From Escherichia phage slur09: DNA of 64,000 nt. Where the stretch lies: the sequence record NC_028840.1. One strand, given 5' to 3'. Below the pieces are notes generated by a model. It saw nothing but the letters and a program-made list of their open reading frames with translations. It had not been told where the DNA came from and searched no databases. A program made the position numbers and the translations under genes. Below, piece after piece: positions 26,933-37,593 of this stretch (positions are counted from its first letter, which is position 1; the number at the start of each line of letters is the position of its first letter).

Positions 26933-28248
26933 TGGAAGTATCAAGACCCTACGTTAACACAGTAGATGTTATTGATTTCGGAATAGACAAACGTTTCTTT
27001 CGTCTGCCTGTTTCGGGAATACTAGCGCAAGAAGGTATTACACCTAATGGTCCTCAAATAGCAATTATCAATGCTCTAGAAGATCCTAGACATCGTTTTG
27101 TAACGGCGTGTGTGTCACGCCGTGTAGGTAAATCCTTTATAGCATATACTCTTGGGTTCCTAAAATTGCTGGAACCTAATGTGAAGGTGCTAGTAGTTGC
27201 CCCTAACTACTCACTGGCCAATATCGGATGGTCTCAGATTCGTGGTCTCATTAAGAAGTATGGCCTACAAACCGAACGTGAGAACGCTAAAGATAAAGAG
27301 ATTGAGTTAGCTAATGGTTCTCTATTTAAACTAGCTTCTGCGGCTCAGGCTGACTCCGCAGTTGGACGTTCATATGATTTTATCATTTTTGACGAGGCGG
27401 CAATTTCCGATGTGGGAGGTGATGCCTTCAGGGTTCAGCTGCGTCCTACTCTAGATAAACCTAATTCTAAGGCTCTATTTATTTCCACCCCTCGTGGAGG
27501 TAACTGGTTTAAAGAGTTTTACGCCTACGGATTTGATGATACGTTGCCTAACTGGGTATCTATTCATGGTACATATCGTGATAACCCGCGTGCTGACTTG
27601 AATGACATCGAAGAAGCACGTCGTACTGTTAGTAAAAACTACTTCCGTCAGGAATATGAGGCTGACTTCTCTGTATTCGAAGGTCAGATCTTTGATACCT
27701 TTAATGCTATCGATCATGTTAAAGACCTTAAAGGTATGCGTCACTTCTTTAAAGATGATGAAGCATTCGAAACATTGCTTGGCATTGACGTTGGTTATCG
27801 TGATCCTACAGCAGTTCTTACTATTAAGTACCACTATGATACAGATACTTACTATGTATTAGAAGAGTACCAGCAGGCAGAGAAAACTACAGCTCAGCAT
27901 GCTGCGTATATTCAGCACTGTATAGATCGTTATAACGTAGATCGTATCTTCGTTGACTCCGCGGCAGCTCAGTTCCGCCAGGACTTAGCTTATGAACATG
28001 AAATTGCATCAGCTCCAGCTAAAAAATCTGTCCTAGATGGCCTAGCATGTTTACAAGCACTATTCCAACAGGGTAAGATTATTGTAGATGCCTCATGTTC
28101 CTCATTAATCCATGCATTGCAGAACTATAAATGGGATTTCCAGGAAGGCGAAGAGAAATTATCACGTGAAAAACCACGTCATGATGCTAACTCTCACCTT
28201 TGTGATGCGCTGCGCTACGGAATTTACTCTATTTCCCGTGGTAAATAA
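26932..28248 (+). CDS. terminase large subunit
   Basis: 438 aa; ATPase-type Walker A-like RRVGKS, acidic FIIFDEAA; position upstream of portal. Confidence 0.7.
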   Translation: MEVSRPYVNTVDVIDFGIDKRFFRLPVSGILAQEGITPNGPQIAIINALEDPRHRFVTACVSRRVGKSFIAYTLGFLKLLEPNVKVLVVAPNYSLANIGWSQIRGLIKKYGLQTERENAKDKEIELANGSLFKLASAAQADSAVGRSYDFIIFDEAAISDVGGDAFRVQLRPTLDKPNSKALFISTPRGGNWFKEFYAYGFDDTLPNWVSIHGTYRDNPRADLNDIEEARRTVSKNYFRQEYEADFSVFEGQIFDTFNAIDHVKDLKGMRHFFKDDEAFETLLGIDVGYRDPTAVLTIKYHYDTDTYYVLEEYQQAEKTTAQHAAYIQHCIDRYNVDRIFVDSAAAQFRQDLAYEHEIASAPAKKSVLDGLACLQALFQQGKIIVDASCSSLIHALQNYKWDFQEGEEKLSREKPRHDANSHLCDALRYGIYSISRGK

Positions 28249-28362
28249 ATAAGTATAGGATGGGATACTACTCAGTTGGTATCCCATTCCTGCATTTTAA
28301 AATCCCCTTTACAAATTCGATACGATTATGTATACTATATTCATACAGTTGAGGAGAACACT

Positions 28363-28800
28363 ATGGCAAGCAATGTAAAATATAAACGCGATGCTATATC
28401 CCTTATGAGAGACGGAATAAAAAGTCAATATAAAAAAGACTCTCAATGTGCTATCTGCGGTTGTGCTGAAGAATTAGAGCTTCATCATTACCATACAGTG
28501 TCTCTACTAGTTAAAAAATTTGCTAAAGAACTCCAATTGGATTTCACTGACGAAGAAATAGTCCTTTCAAATAGGACGGCATTCTATGATCGATATAGGC
28601 ATGAGCTAGTAGAAGACACTGTTACCCTTTGTGTACACCATCACCAATTATTACATAAGGTTTACACAAAAGAACCTCCTTTATTTTCTGCTAATAAGCA
28701 AAAAGTGTGGGTTCAAAAGCAGAAAGACAAATTACAGAATCCTCAAGAAAAGACACAAGTCAAGACTGAAACAAAATCAGGATTCGCAAGGTTCTTATAA
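28363..28800 (+). CDS. small HNH-like zinc-finger nuclease (terminase-associated)
   Basis: CAICGC...HHYH...CVHHHQLLH Cys/His pattern; start chosen at ATG 28363 behind GAGGAGA (track 28276). Confidence 0.45.
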   Translation: MASNVKYKRDAISLMRDGIKSQYKKDSQCAICGCAEELELHHYHTVSLLVKKFAKELQLDFTDEEIVLSNRTAFYDRYRHELVEDTVTLCVHHHQLLHKVYTKEPPLFSANKQKVWVQKQKDKLQNPQEKTQVKTETKSGFARFL

Positions 28801-30017
28801 TGGGTTTTAAAAGCTGGATTACTGAAAAGCTAAATCCGGGTCAACGTATTATAAGAGACATGGAACCAGTTAGTCATCGCACTAACCGTAAGCCTTTTAC
28901 CACTGGACAAGCCTATAGTAAAATTGAGATTCTCAATAGAACTGCTAATATGGTTATAGATAGTGCGGCGGAGTGTTCTTATACTGTCGGAGATAAATAT
29001 AATATTGTCACGTATGCTAACGGCATCAAGACAAAGACTCTAGACACTCTCTTAAATGTACGACCTAATCCATTCATGGATATAAGCACATTCCGTAGAC
29101 TTGTAGTCACTGACCTACTTTTTGAAGGTTGTGCATACATCTATTGGGATGGCACAGCACTTTATCATGTCCCTGCTGCACTAATGCAAGTAGAGGCAGA
29201 TGCCAATAAGTTTATCAAAAAATTTATATTTAATAACCAGATAGACTATCGCGTAGATGAGATTATCTTTATAAAGGATAACAGTTACGTGTGTGGCACA
29301 AATTCTCAAATTTCTGGACAATCTCGTGTTGCTACTGTTATTGATTCTCTTGAGAAGCGTTCCAAGATGCTTAACTTTAAAGAGAAATTCCTCGATAACG
29401 GAACAGTGATTGGTCTTATTCTTGAGACGGATGAAATCCTGAACAAGAAATTGCGTGAGCGTAAACAAGAAGAATTACAACTAGATTATAATCCTAGTAC
29501 TGGTCAGTCCTCTGTCCTGATTCTAGATGGTGGTATGAAAGCTAAACCGTACTCCCAAATATCCTCTTTTAAAGATCTAGACTTTAAGGAAGACATTGAA
29601 GGATTTAATAAATCTATCTGTCTAGCCTTTGGTGTTCCGCAAGTACTGCTTGATGGTGGTAATAATGCGAACATTCGACCAAACATCGAATTGTTCTATT
29701 ATATGACTATCATCCCTATGCTGAACAAACTGACTAGTTCTCTTACTTTCTTTTTTGGTTATAAGATTACTCCTAATACTAAGGAAGTAGCTGCATTAAC
29801 ACCAGATAAAGAATCTGAGGCTAAACATTTAACCTCATTGGTTAATAATGGTATTATAACTGGTAACGAAGCTCGTTTAGAGCTGAACCTTGAACCTTTA
29901 GATGATGAGCAGATGAATAAGATTCGTATTCCTGCTAACGTTGCTGGTTCTGCAACAGGCGTATCTGGTCAAGAAGGTGGTAGACCTCAAGGTTCCACCG
30001 AGGGAGATAAAGAATGA
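28800..30017 (+). CDS. portal protein
   Basis: 405 aa, position between terminase and protease; T5 portal about 403 aa. Confidence 0.6.
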   Translation: MGFKSWITEKLNPGQRIIRDMEPVSHRTNRKPFTTGQAYSKIEILNRTANMVIDSAAECSYTVGDKYNIVTYANGIKTKTLDTLLNVRPNPFMDISTFRRLVVTDLLFEGCAYIYWDGTALYHVPAALMQVEADANKFIKKFIFNNQIDYRVDEIIFIKDNSYVCGTNSQISGQSRVATVIDSLEKRSKMLNFKEKFLDNGTVIGLILETDEILNKKLRERKQEELQLDYNPSTGQSSVLILDGGMKAKPYSQISSFKDLDFKEDIEGFNKSICLAFGVPQVLLDGGNNANIRPNIELFYYMTIIPMLNKLTSSLTFFFGYKITPNTKEVAALTPDKESEAKHLTSLVNNGIITGNEARLELNLEPLDDEQMNKIRIPANVAGSATGVSGQEGGRPQGSTEGDKE

Positions 30018-30499
30018 TTGATTATAGTGGTCTAAAGACCATTTTTGGTGAAAAACTGCCAGAATCTCATATCTTCTTTGCTACGGTTGCTGCGCATAAA
30101 TATGTTCCTAGCTACGCTTTTCTGCGTAGAGAACTAGGACTTTCATCTGCGCATACTAACCGTAAAGTATGGAAGAAATTTGTAGAGGCTTATGGTAAAG
30201 CAGTTCCTCCTGCTCCACCATTAACTCTTTCTAAGGATTTAACTGCTAGCATGTCCGTTGAAGAGGGAGCAGCTTTAACCCTTTCTGTTACTGCAACCGG
30301 TGGTACTGATCCATATACTTATGCATGGACTAAAGATGGTTCTCCTATTCCAGATGCTTCAGGAGCTACCTATACTAAGCCTACAGCAGCTACTGAGGAT
30401 TCTGGAGCCTATAAAGTAACTGTAACAGATAGTAAGCAAGTAAGCAAGGACTCTACCACATGTGCTGTGACAGTTAATCCTACTGTTCCTGGAGGCTAA
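30014..30499 (+). CDS. capsid decoration protein with Ig-like domain (pb10-like)
   Basis: 161 aa; C-terminal Ig-like segment LTLSVTATGGTDPYTYAWTKDGSPI...GAYKVTVTD. Confidence 0.55.
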   Translation: MIDYSGLKTIFGEKLPESHIFFATVAAHKYVPSYAFLRRELGLSSAHTNRKVWKKFVEAYGKAVPPAPPLTLSKDLTASMSVEEGAALTLSVTATGGTDPYTYAWTKDGSPIPDASGATYTKPTAATEDSGAYKVTVTDSKQVSKDSTTCAVTVNPTVPGG

Positions 30500-30502
30500 T
30501 AA

Positions 30503-31135
30503 ATGACACAAGCTGCTATTGACTATAACAAGTTAAAATCAGCACCGGTTCATTTAGATGCTTATATTAAATCTATTGATAGCGAATCCAAAGAGGGTGT
30601 TGTAAAAATCCGTGGATTCGCTAATACAATTAGTAAAGATCGCGCTGGTGATGTAATTCCTGCCTCCGCATGGAAAACATCTAATGCACTTGCTAACTAT
30701 ATGAAAAACCCGATTATTCTTTTCGGACACGACCATCGTCGTCCAATCGGCAAGTGTATTGATCTTAATCCTACTGAAATGGGTCTCGAAATCGAATGCG
30801 AGATCTATGAAAGTTCTGATCCAGCTATCTTTTCACTAATTAAAAACGGTGTACTGAAAACTTTTAGTATCGGATTCCGCTGCCTAGATGCAGAGTGGGA
30901 TGAAGCTACTGATATATTTATTATTAAAGATTTAGAACTATACGAAGTTTCGGTAGTTTCTGTACCTTGTAATCAGGACTCGACATTCAATCTCGCTAAG
31001 AGCATGAATGGTCATGATTATACTGAATGGCGTAAATCTTTTACTGCAATAAGTTCTAAAGCTGTCCCAGCTCAAGAACGTAATCTTTCTGAACTAGAAA
31101 AACTTGCGATAGCTTTAGGCTACGTTAAAGAATAA
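30503..31135 (+). CDS. prohead protease (pb11-like)
   Basis: 210 aa immediately upstream of major capsid gene. Confidence 0.55.
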   Translation: MTQAAIDYNKLKSAPVHLDAYIKSIDSESKEGVVKIRGFANTISKDRAGDVIPASAWKTSNALANYMKNPIILFGHDHRRPIGKCIDLNPTEMGLEIECEIYESSDPAIFSLIKNGVLKTFSIGFRCLDAEWDEATDIFIIKDLELYEVSVVSVPCNQDSTFNLAKSMNGHDYTEWRKSFTAISSKAVPAQERNLSELEKLAIALGYVKE

Positions 31136-31152
31136 CGGAGAATTATTTAAAA

Positions 31153-32529
31153 ATGACTATTGATATTAATAAGCTGAAAGAAGAACTTGGTCTGGGTGAT
31201 CTGGCTAAATCTCTGGAAGGTCTGACCGCTGCTCAGAAAGCTGCTGAAGCTGAACGTATGCGTAAAGAGCAGGAAGAAAAAGAACTGGCTCGTATGAATG
31301 ATCTGGTTTCTAAAGCAGTTGGCGAAGATCGTCAGAAACTGGAACAAGCTCTGGAACTGGTTAAGTCTCTGGATGAAAAATCTAAGAAGAGCGCAGAGCT
31401 GTTTGCACAAACTGTAGAAAAACAACAGGAAACTATTGTTGGTCTTCAGGATGAAATCAAATCTCTACTGGCAGCTCGTGAAGGGCGTTCCTTCGTCGGT
31501 GATAGCGTAGCTAAAGCACTGTATGGTACTCAGGAAGCTTTTGAAGACGAAGTTGAAAAACTAGTTCTCCTGTCCTATATGATGGAGAAGGATGTATTTG
31601 AAACGGAGCATGGTAAGGCCCATATTAAAGCTGTTAATACCTCTTCCTCTGTACAGGTTTCCAGTGAAAACTATGAAACTATTTTCTCTACCCGTATTCT
31701 TCGAGACCTGCAGAAAGAGTTAGTAGTTGGCGCACTGTTCGATGAACTGCCAATGTCCAGCAAAATCCTTACTATGCTGGTTGAGCCTGAAGCTGGAAAA
31801 GCTACTTGGGTAGATGCTGGTTCATATGGTACTGATGCTACTGTTGGTGAAGAAGTTAAAGGTACCTTAACTGAAATTAGTTTTAAAACCTACAAGCTGG
31901 CTGCTAAGTCCTTCATTACTGATGAAACTGAAGAAGATGCAATCTTCTCCCTGCTACCGCTGCTGCGTAAGCGTCTGATTGAAGCACACGCTGTTTCTAT
32001 CGAAGAAGCGTTTATGACTGGTGATGGTACTGGTAAGCCTAAAGGTCTGTTGAAATTGGCTGAAGGCGATAGTGCTAAAGTTATTACTGAAGCTAAAGCC
32101 GATGGTTCTGTTCTGGTAACTGCTAAAACTATCTCTAAACTGCGTCGTAAACTGGGACGTCATGGTCTGAAACTGAGCAAACTGGTACTGATCGTATCTA
32201 TGGATGCTTACTACGATTTGCTGGAAGATGAAGAATGGCAGGATGTTGCACAGGTTGGTAATGATGCTGTTAAATTGCAAGGTCAGGTTGGTCGCATTTA
32301 TGGCCTGCCGGTTGTAGTTTCCGAATACTTCCCAGCTAAAGCTACCTCTGCAGAGTTCGCAGTTATTGTTTATAAAGATAACTTCGTAATGCCGCGCCAG
32401 CGTGCTGTTACTGTTGAACGTGAGCGCCAAGCTGGTAAACAGCGTGATGCGTACTACGTTACTCAGCGTGTTAACCTGCAACGTTACTTTGAAAATGGCG
32501 TTGTATCTGGTGCTTACGCTGCATCTTAA
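31153..32529 (+). CDS. major capsid protein (pb8-like, HK97 fold)
   Basis: 458 aa; N-terminal coiled-coil scaffold-like domain then capsid body; followed by strong terminator. Confidence 0.7.
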   Translation: MTIDINKLKEELGLGDLAKSLEGLTAAQKAAEAERMRKEQEEKELARMNDLVSKAVGEDRQKLEQALELVKSLDEKSKKSAELFAQTVEKQQETIVGLQDEIKSLLAAREGRSFVGDSVAKALYGTQEAFEDEVEKLVLLSYMMEKDVFETEHGKAHIKAVNTSSSVQVSSENYETIFSTRILRDLQKELVVGALFDELPMSSKILTMLVEPEAGKATWVDAGSYGTDATVGEEVKGTLTEISFKTYKLAAKSFITDETEEDAIFSLLPLLRKRLIEAHAVSIEEAFMTGDGTGKPKGLLKLAEGDSAKVITEAKADGSVLVTAKTISKLRRKLGRHGLKLSKLVLIVSMDAYYDLLEDEEWQDVAQVGNDAVKLQGQVGRIYGLPVVVSEYFPAKATSAEFAVIVYKDNFVMPRQRAVTVERERQAGKQRDAYYVTQRVNLQRYFENGVVSGAYAAS

Positions 32530-32548
32530 TACAGGCTTTTCAGCCGAT

Positions 32549-32576
32549 AAGGAGAGCTTCGGCTCTCCTTTTTTAT
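32549..32576 (+). terminator. rho-independent terminator after capsid gene
   Basis: GGAGAGC-TTCG-GCTCTCC hairpin followed by TTTTTT. Confidence 0.8.
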
Positions 32577-32588
32577 TGGGAAAAATAA

Positions 32589-33101
32589 ATGCAAATCATC
32601 ACAGCCGAAGATTATAGACTATATGGTGGTTTAAAACGACCTGAATTAGAATCTGGTGTAGAAATGATGATTACTGCTGCCAATGCGCTGATTACTAGCC
32701 TTCTAGGCATGGATGATGCTGATGCGGTAGACCAGCTAATCAATACAAAACCTACACGTAGAAAATATTTTCTGAGTTCGCCATCTGCTACTTCAGTAAT
32801 CAAAATGACTATTAATGATAAGGAGATAGATCCCGAACAGTATAAGTTGTACTCTGATGGGGTTATACTCCTTAAATTTAATCCTCCAGAAGGTTATATG
32901 GACGTAGAATATACACAAAGTGGATTTAATCCAATGCCTGAAGACCTCAAACTTGCAGCATGTATGTTAGTAGATCATTGGCATAAACAAGATTATCGCC
33001 AAGCTAAAACAATTGGTGGTGAAACAGTAACCTTCAATAATACTAAATCTGGTATTCCAGAGCATATTCGTACTATTATTGAAGTATATAGGAGAGTATA
33101 A
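32589..33101 (+). CDS. head-tail connector / head completion protein (putative)
   Basis: 170 aa, position between capsid and tail genes. Confidence 0.4.
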   Translation: MQIITAEDYRLYGGLKRPELESGVEMMITAANALITSLLGMDDADAVDQLINTKPTRRKYFLSSPSATSVIKMTINDKEIDPEQYKLYSDGVILLKFNPPEGYMDVEYTQSGFNPMPEDLKLAACMLVDHWHKQDYRQAKTIGGETVTFNNTKSGIPEHIRTIIEVYRRV

Positions 33102-33868
33102 TGTCTCTTTCCGATCTAGCTAGACAAATTATTAAAGAGCAGCTAGATACTGCAAGTCGATCTGAAAACAATAAGAATACTGTTGTATACTCTGTTGAAA
33201 CAGGATTAAAAGATCCTACCAGAGATGGTACTGTTGCTCAAGTATCTTTTAAGTTTTCAAAACCTGTATCACAAGATCTCCTTAATATTAGAACAGCTTC
33301 TATATTAAAAGCTGTATCCTCTAGTTTAGATCTTTCTGGAGACTTAGGTGCTCTAGAGAACTTAATACAAGCAACTGCGGGTAAAAAATCCTCAGTAGGT
33401 AAAAAACGTTCTACTGGTAGAGTGCAGGTAAATTTTGGTGATCCTAGTGATGTTGAAGATGGGTATTCTGGTGCAGTAACAGGTGCTTCTGGACGTTTCG
33501 TGTCTAACAGCAATATGAAGATTATACTAGAGATAGTTGCTAAAGAATACTTAATAAAGGATATGAAAAAAGCGGGAGCACCACTAAAATTTAGGACCGG
33601 TCGCTTTGCAAACTCTTTAAAAATTAAAGATGTTATGCTTCGTGATTCTGAAACTAGTAAAGGCTCTCCTGAATTGAACGTAACATATAATTATATGACT
33701 CGTCCATATTCTGTGTTCAACCCGGCAGTATCTACATACAGAAGATTATCTCTACGACCTTATCCTGGCGCTAGAAACCCACAAAAACTTATTGGTGAGG
33801 CTATAGCAAAAGCTGCAAGAGACCTGATTCACTCCAGATATAAAATTAAGGTTAATCAAGGAACCTAA
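33101..33868 (+). CDS. head-tail joining protein (putative)
   Basis: 255 aa, position. Confidence 0.4.
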   Translation: MSLSDLARQIIKEQLDTASRSENNKNTVVYSVETGLKDPTRDGTVAQVSFKFSKPVSQDLLNIRTASILKAVSSSLDLSGDLGALENLIQATAGKKSSVGKKRSTGRVQVNFGDPSDVEDGYSGAVTGASGRFVSNSNMKIILEIVAKEYLIKDMKKAGAPLKFRTGRFANSLKIKDVMLRDSETSKGSPELNVTYNYMTRPYSVFNPAVSTYRRLSLRPYPGARNPQKLIGEAIAKAARDLIHSRYKIKVNQGT

Positions 33869-33871
33869 TAA

Positions 33872-34357
33872 ATGGATCATAGAACAAGTATTGCACAAGC
33901 TATGGTTGACCGAATCTCTAAACAAATGGATGGTTCTCAACCTGACGAATATTTTAATAACCTATATGGAAACGTTTCTCGTCAAACTTATAAATTTGAG
34001 GAAATACGAGAGTTTCCTTATGTGGCAGTTCATATCGGAACTGAAACTGGGCAGTATCTTCCTTCAGGCCAACAGTGGATGTTTTTAGAACTTCCAATCC
34101 TGGTGTACGATAAAGAGAAAACAGACATTCAAGAGCAACTTGAAAAACTCGTAGCGGATATAAAAACCGTTATTGACACAGGTGGAAATTTAGAATATAC
34201 TGTTAGTAAACCTAATGGATCGACCTTCCCATGTGAGGCAACTGATATGATCATTACATCAGTTAGTACAGATGAGGGTCTACTGGCCCCATATGGTTTA
34301 GCAGAAATAAATGTAACAGTGAGGTATCAGCCTCCGCGTAGGTCACTTCGCAGATAA
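33872..34357 (+). CDS. tail terminator/completion protein (putative)
   Basis: 161 aa immediately upstream of tail tube gene. Confidence 0.4.
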   Translation: MDHRTSIAQAMVDRISKQMDGSQPDEYFNNLYGNVSRQTYKFEEIREFPYVAVHIGTETGQYLPSGQQWMFLELPILVYDKEKTDIQEQLEKLVADIKTVIDTGGNLEYTVSKPNGSTFPCEATDMIITSVSTDEGLLAPYGLAEINVTVRYQPPRRSLRR

Positions 34358-34383
34358 GTTACAGATTAGGAGAAAATAATTAA

Positions 34384-35775
34384 ATGTCTTTACAACTATT
34401 ACGTAATACTCGAATCTTCGTGTCTACGGTTAAGACCGGTCATAATAAGACCAACACGCAAGAGATTCTAGTTCAGGATGATATTTCTTGGGGTCAGGAC
34501 AGTAACTCAACAGATATTACTGTTAATGAAGCTGGTCCGCGTCCAACTCGTGGTTCTAAACGTTTTAACGACTCTTTAAACGCAGCTGAGTGGAGTTTTT
34601 CTACTTATATCCTGCCGTATAATGACAAAACCACTAGCAAACAAATTGTTCCTGACTATATGTTATGGCATGCACTTTCTAGCGGTAAAGCTCTTAACCT
34701 AGAAGGTGATACAGGGGCACACAATAACGAAGCTAACTTTATGGTTAACTTCAAAGATAACTCTTATCACGAGTTAGCAATGCTGCATATTTATATTCTG
34801 ACTGATAAAGCATGGAGTTATATCGATTCCTGTCAGATTAATCAGGCAGAAGTTAACGTTGATATCGAAGATATTGGCCGTGTAACTTGGTCTGGTAATG
34901 GTAATCAGCTTATTCCTCTGGATGAGCAACCATTTGATCCGGATGAGATAGGTATTGATGATGAAACTTATATGACTATCCAGGGTTCTTATATTAAGAA
35001 CAAACTAACGATCTTGAAGATCAAGGACATGGATACCAATAAGTCTTATGACATACCGATTACCGGTGGTACTTTTACTATTAACAACAACATTACTTAT
35101 TTAACACCTAATGTAATGTCCCGTGTTACTATTCCAATTGGTTCCTTTACTGGTGCTTTTGAATTAACTGGTTCATTAACTGCTTATCTGAATGATAAAT
35201 CTCTTGGTTCTATGGAACTGTATAAAGATCTTATCAAAACTCTGAAGGTAGTTAACCGCTTCGAAATCGCTCTAGTACTTGGTGGCGAGTATGAGGATGA
35301 ACGTCCTGCAGCTATTCTGGTAGCTAAACAAGCGCACGTTAACATCCCTACGATTGAGACTGATGATGTACTTGGTACATCAGTAGAATTTAAGGCTATT
35401 CCGTCAGACCTGGATGCTGGTGATGAAGGTTACTTAGGTTTCTCTAGTAAATATACTAAAACAACTATTAATAACTTGATTGTTAATGGTGATGGTGCTA
35501 CTGATGCTGTAACTGCAATTACTGTTAAATCTGCCGGTGAGGCTACTACAGTAAACAACTCGGCTACTCTTCAGATGAGTGTTGAAGTTACTCCTTCTTC
35601 CGCAAATAATAAGGAAGTTACTTGGGCTATCACTGCTGGTGACGCAGCTACTATCAATGCAACAGGGTTACTAAGAGCAGATGCTAGTAAAACTGGTGCA
35701 GTAACTGTAGAAGCTACTGCTAAAGATGGTTCTGGAGTTAAAGGTACTAAACAGATTACTGTAACAGGTGGTTAA
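34384..35775 (+). CDS. tail tube protein (pb6-like) with C-terminal Ig-like domain
   Basis: 463 aa (T5 pb6 about 464); C-terminal Big_2-like segment ...EVTWAITAGDAATINATGLL...VTVEATAKDGSG. Confidence 0.65.
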   Translation: MSLQLLRNTRIFVSTVKTGHNKTNTQEILVQDDISWGQDSNSTDITVNEAGPRPTRGSKRFNDSLNAAEWSFSTYILPYNDKTTSKQIVPDYMLWHALSSGKALNLEGDTGAHNNEANFMVNFKDNSYHELAMLHIYILTDKAWSYIDSCQINQAEVNVDIEDIGRVTWSGNGNQLIPLDEQPFDPDEIGIDDETYMTIQGSYIKNKLTILKIKDMDTNKSYDIPITGGTFTINNNITYLTPNVMSRVTIPIGSFTGAFELTGSLTAYLNDKSLGSMELYKDLIKTLKVVNRFEIALVLGGEYEDERPAAILVAKQAHVNIPTIETDDVLGTSVEFKAIPSDLDAGDEGYLGFSSKYTKTTINNLIVNGDGATDAVTAITVKSAGEATTVNNSATLQMSVEVTPSSANNKEVTWAITAGDAATINATGLLRADASKTGAVTVEATAKDGSGVKGTKQITVTGG

Positions 35776-35779
35776 TTAA

Positions 35780-36676
35780 ATGTTTTATTCTCTCATGCGA
35801 GAGTCTAAAATAGTTGTTGAGTATGATGGTAGAGGGTATCATTTCGATGCCCTCTCTAACTATGACGCTAGTACGTCTTTTCAAGAGTTTAAAACTCTTA
35901 GACGTACTATCCATAATCGTACAAACTATGCAGACTCTATTATTAATGCTCAAGATCCTTCATCTATTTCATTGGCAATAAATTTCAGTACTACGCTTAT
36001 TGAGTCTAATTTCTTTGATTGGATGGGATTCACGCGTGAGGGAAATTCTTTATTTTTGCCAAGAAATACTCCCAATATTGAACCTATTATGTTCAATATG
36101 TATATTATTAATCATAATAATAGCTGCATTTATTTCGAAAACTGTTACGTATCAACAGTTGATTTTTCTCTAGATAAGAGTATACCAATTCTAAATGTTG
36201 GTATTGAGTCTGGAAAATTCTCTGAAGTATCTACTTTCCGTGATGGATATACAATTACACAAGGTGAAGTACTTCCATATAGTCCTCCAGCTGTGTATAC
36301 TAATAGCGCACCATTGCCTGCATTAGTTTCAGCATCTATGTCCTTCCAGCAACAATGTTCTTGGAGAGAAGATAGAAGTATATTTGATATAAATAAAGTT
36401 TATACTAATAAACGAGCTTATGTCAATGAAATGAATGCTTCCGCAACGCTAGCTTTCTATTACGTTAAGAGATTGGTAGGAGATAAGTTCTTGAATCTAG
36501 ACCCTGAAACAAGAACTCCACTAATTATTAAGAATAAATATGTTTCTATAACATTCCCTTTAGCACGTATTTCAAAACGCCTAAACTTCTCAGATTTGTA
36601 TCAGGTAGAGTATGATGTAATACCTACTGCTGATTCAGATCCTGTAGAAATAAACTTCTTTGGAGAAAGAAAATAA
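35780..36676 (+). CDS. tail protein (p140-like)
   Basis: 298 aa between tail tube and chaperone genes. Confidence 0.4.
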   Translation: MFYSLMRESKIVVEYDGRGYHFDALSNYDASTSFQEFKTLRRTIHNRTNYADSIINAQDPSSISLAINFSTTLIESNFFDWMGFTREGNSLFLPRNTPNIEPIMFNMYIINHNNSCIYFENCYVSTVDFSLDKSIPILNVGIESGKFSEVSTFRDGYTITQGEVLPYSPPAVYTNSAPLPALVSASMSFQQQCSWREDRSIFDINKVYTNKRAYVNEMNASATLAFYYVKRLVGDKFLNLDPETRTPLIIKNKYVSITFPLARISKRLNFSDLYQVEYDVIPTADSDPVEINFFGERK

Positions 36677-37080
36677 TGATTAACTTAAAAGATATTACTC
36701 TAGAAACTCGTACTGTCACTCTTTCATACCCAGGTATGCCGAACTTTAAGCTAGAACTTAATTATATGTCTCGTGCTACTTCTAAACGGGTTATCACTTC
36801 TGCTAAGCGTGACGAATGGGTTAATGGTACTTTGATCCAGGTACAGGATGACGATAAGTTCATTGAAGCCTTCGTTGATGCTGCGATTAAAGGTTGGACT
36901 GGTTTGACTGTAGGTGACGTTGAAAAACTGATGCTGATTGAAACAGATGCTGATCCTGCTACTGAGGTTCCTTTCAGTCGTGATAATGCTGTAATGCTTA
37001 TGCAGAACTCTGCTGCGTTTGATTCTTGGATCAACCAGACAGTGTTCCACTTAGACACTTTTCGTAGCTCAAAAGCGTAA
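36676..37080 (+). CDS. tail assembly chaperone
   Basis: 134 aa upstream of tape measure; acidic. Confidence 0.5.
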   Translation: MINLKDITLETRTVTLSYPGMPNFKLELNYMSRATSKRVITSAKRDEWVNGTLIQVQDDDKFIEAFVDAAIKGWTGLTVGDVEKLMLIETDADPATEVPFSRDNAVMLMQNSAAFDSWINQTVFHLDTFRSSKA

Positions 37081-37141
37081 AGAGTTACTAGATGCTGTTG
37101 CTGACTTTGCTGATAAGTGTATTAAAAGCTCAGCATCTAAA

Positions 37142-37510
37142 ATGACTAAACAACAATATTTAATACTTTGCGAGTCAATGGGTATAGAACCTGATCCTAA
37201 GGCTATGCCTGTTGAACTTGAAGATTTTCCACCTATTGTAGCTATTAGTATGAATATTTATAATAGTCTAGTTGACTGTTTCATACCCGGTGACTTTCCT
37301 ATCTTTATAGGTAAAGACAAAGCTGCTCTAGGTGTTTTATTTGATATTTATGGGATTACTGATCCTATAGAAAAAGAATTTGTTCTACACATTATCAATA
37401 TATTTGATGCTAAAGCTGTAGATGCTGCACGTAAACGTGCTGAGAAGCATAAACCGCAAAACGGAAGGATTCCTAACGTTAAGCCACATGCTAAATCTCG
37501 TGCACGATAA
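37142..37510 (+). CDS. second tail assembly chaperone ORF, possibly expressed as +1 frameshift extension
   Basis: Its frame is open upstream to 37055, overlapping the end of 36676-37080; no Shine-Dalgarno before ATG 37142. Confidence 0.45.
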   Translation: MTKQQYLILCESMGIEPDPKAMPVELEDFPPIVAISMNIYNSLVDCFIPGDFPIFIGKDKAALGVLFDIYGITDPIEKEFVLHIINIFDAKAVDAARKRAEKHKPQNGRIPNVKPHAKSRAR

Positions 37511-37545
37511 AAGTTTCCTCCAATGGGCGTTCCACGATGAGGCTT

Positions 37546-37577
37546 GGCTCTGGGTGATTTGCCCAGAGCCTTTTTTA
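37546..37577 (+). terminator. rho-independent terminator before tape measure gene
   Basis: GGCTCTGGG/CCCAGAGCC hairpin followed by TTTTTT. Confidence 0.7.
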
Positions 37578-37593
37578 TTGGGAAAAATAAAAC

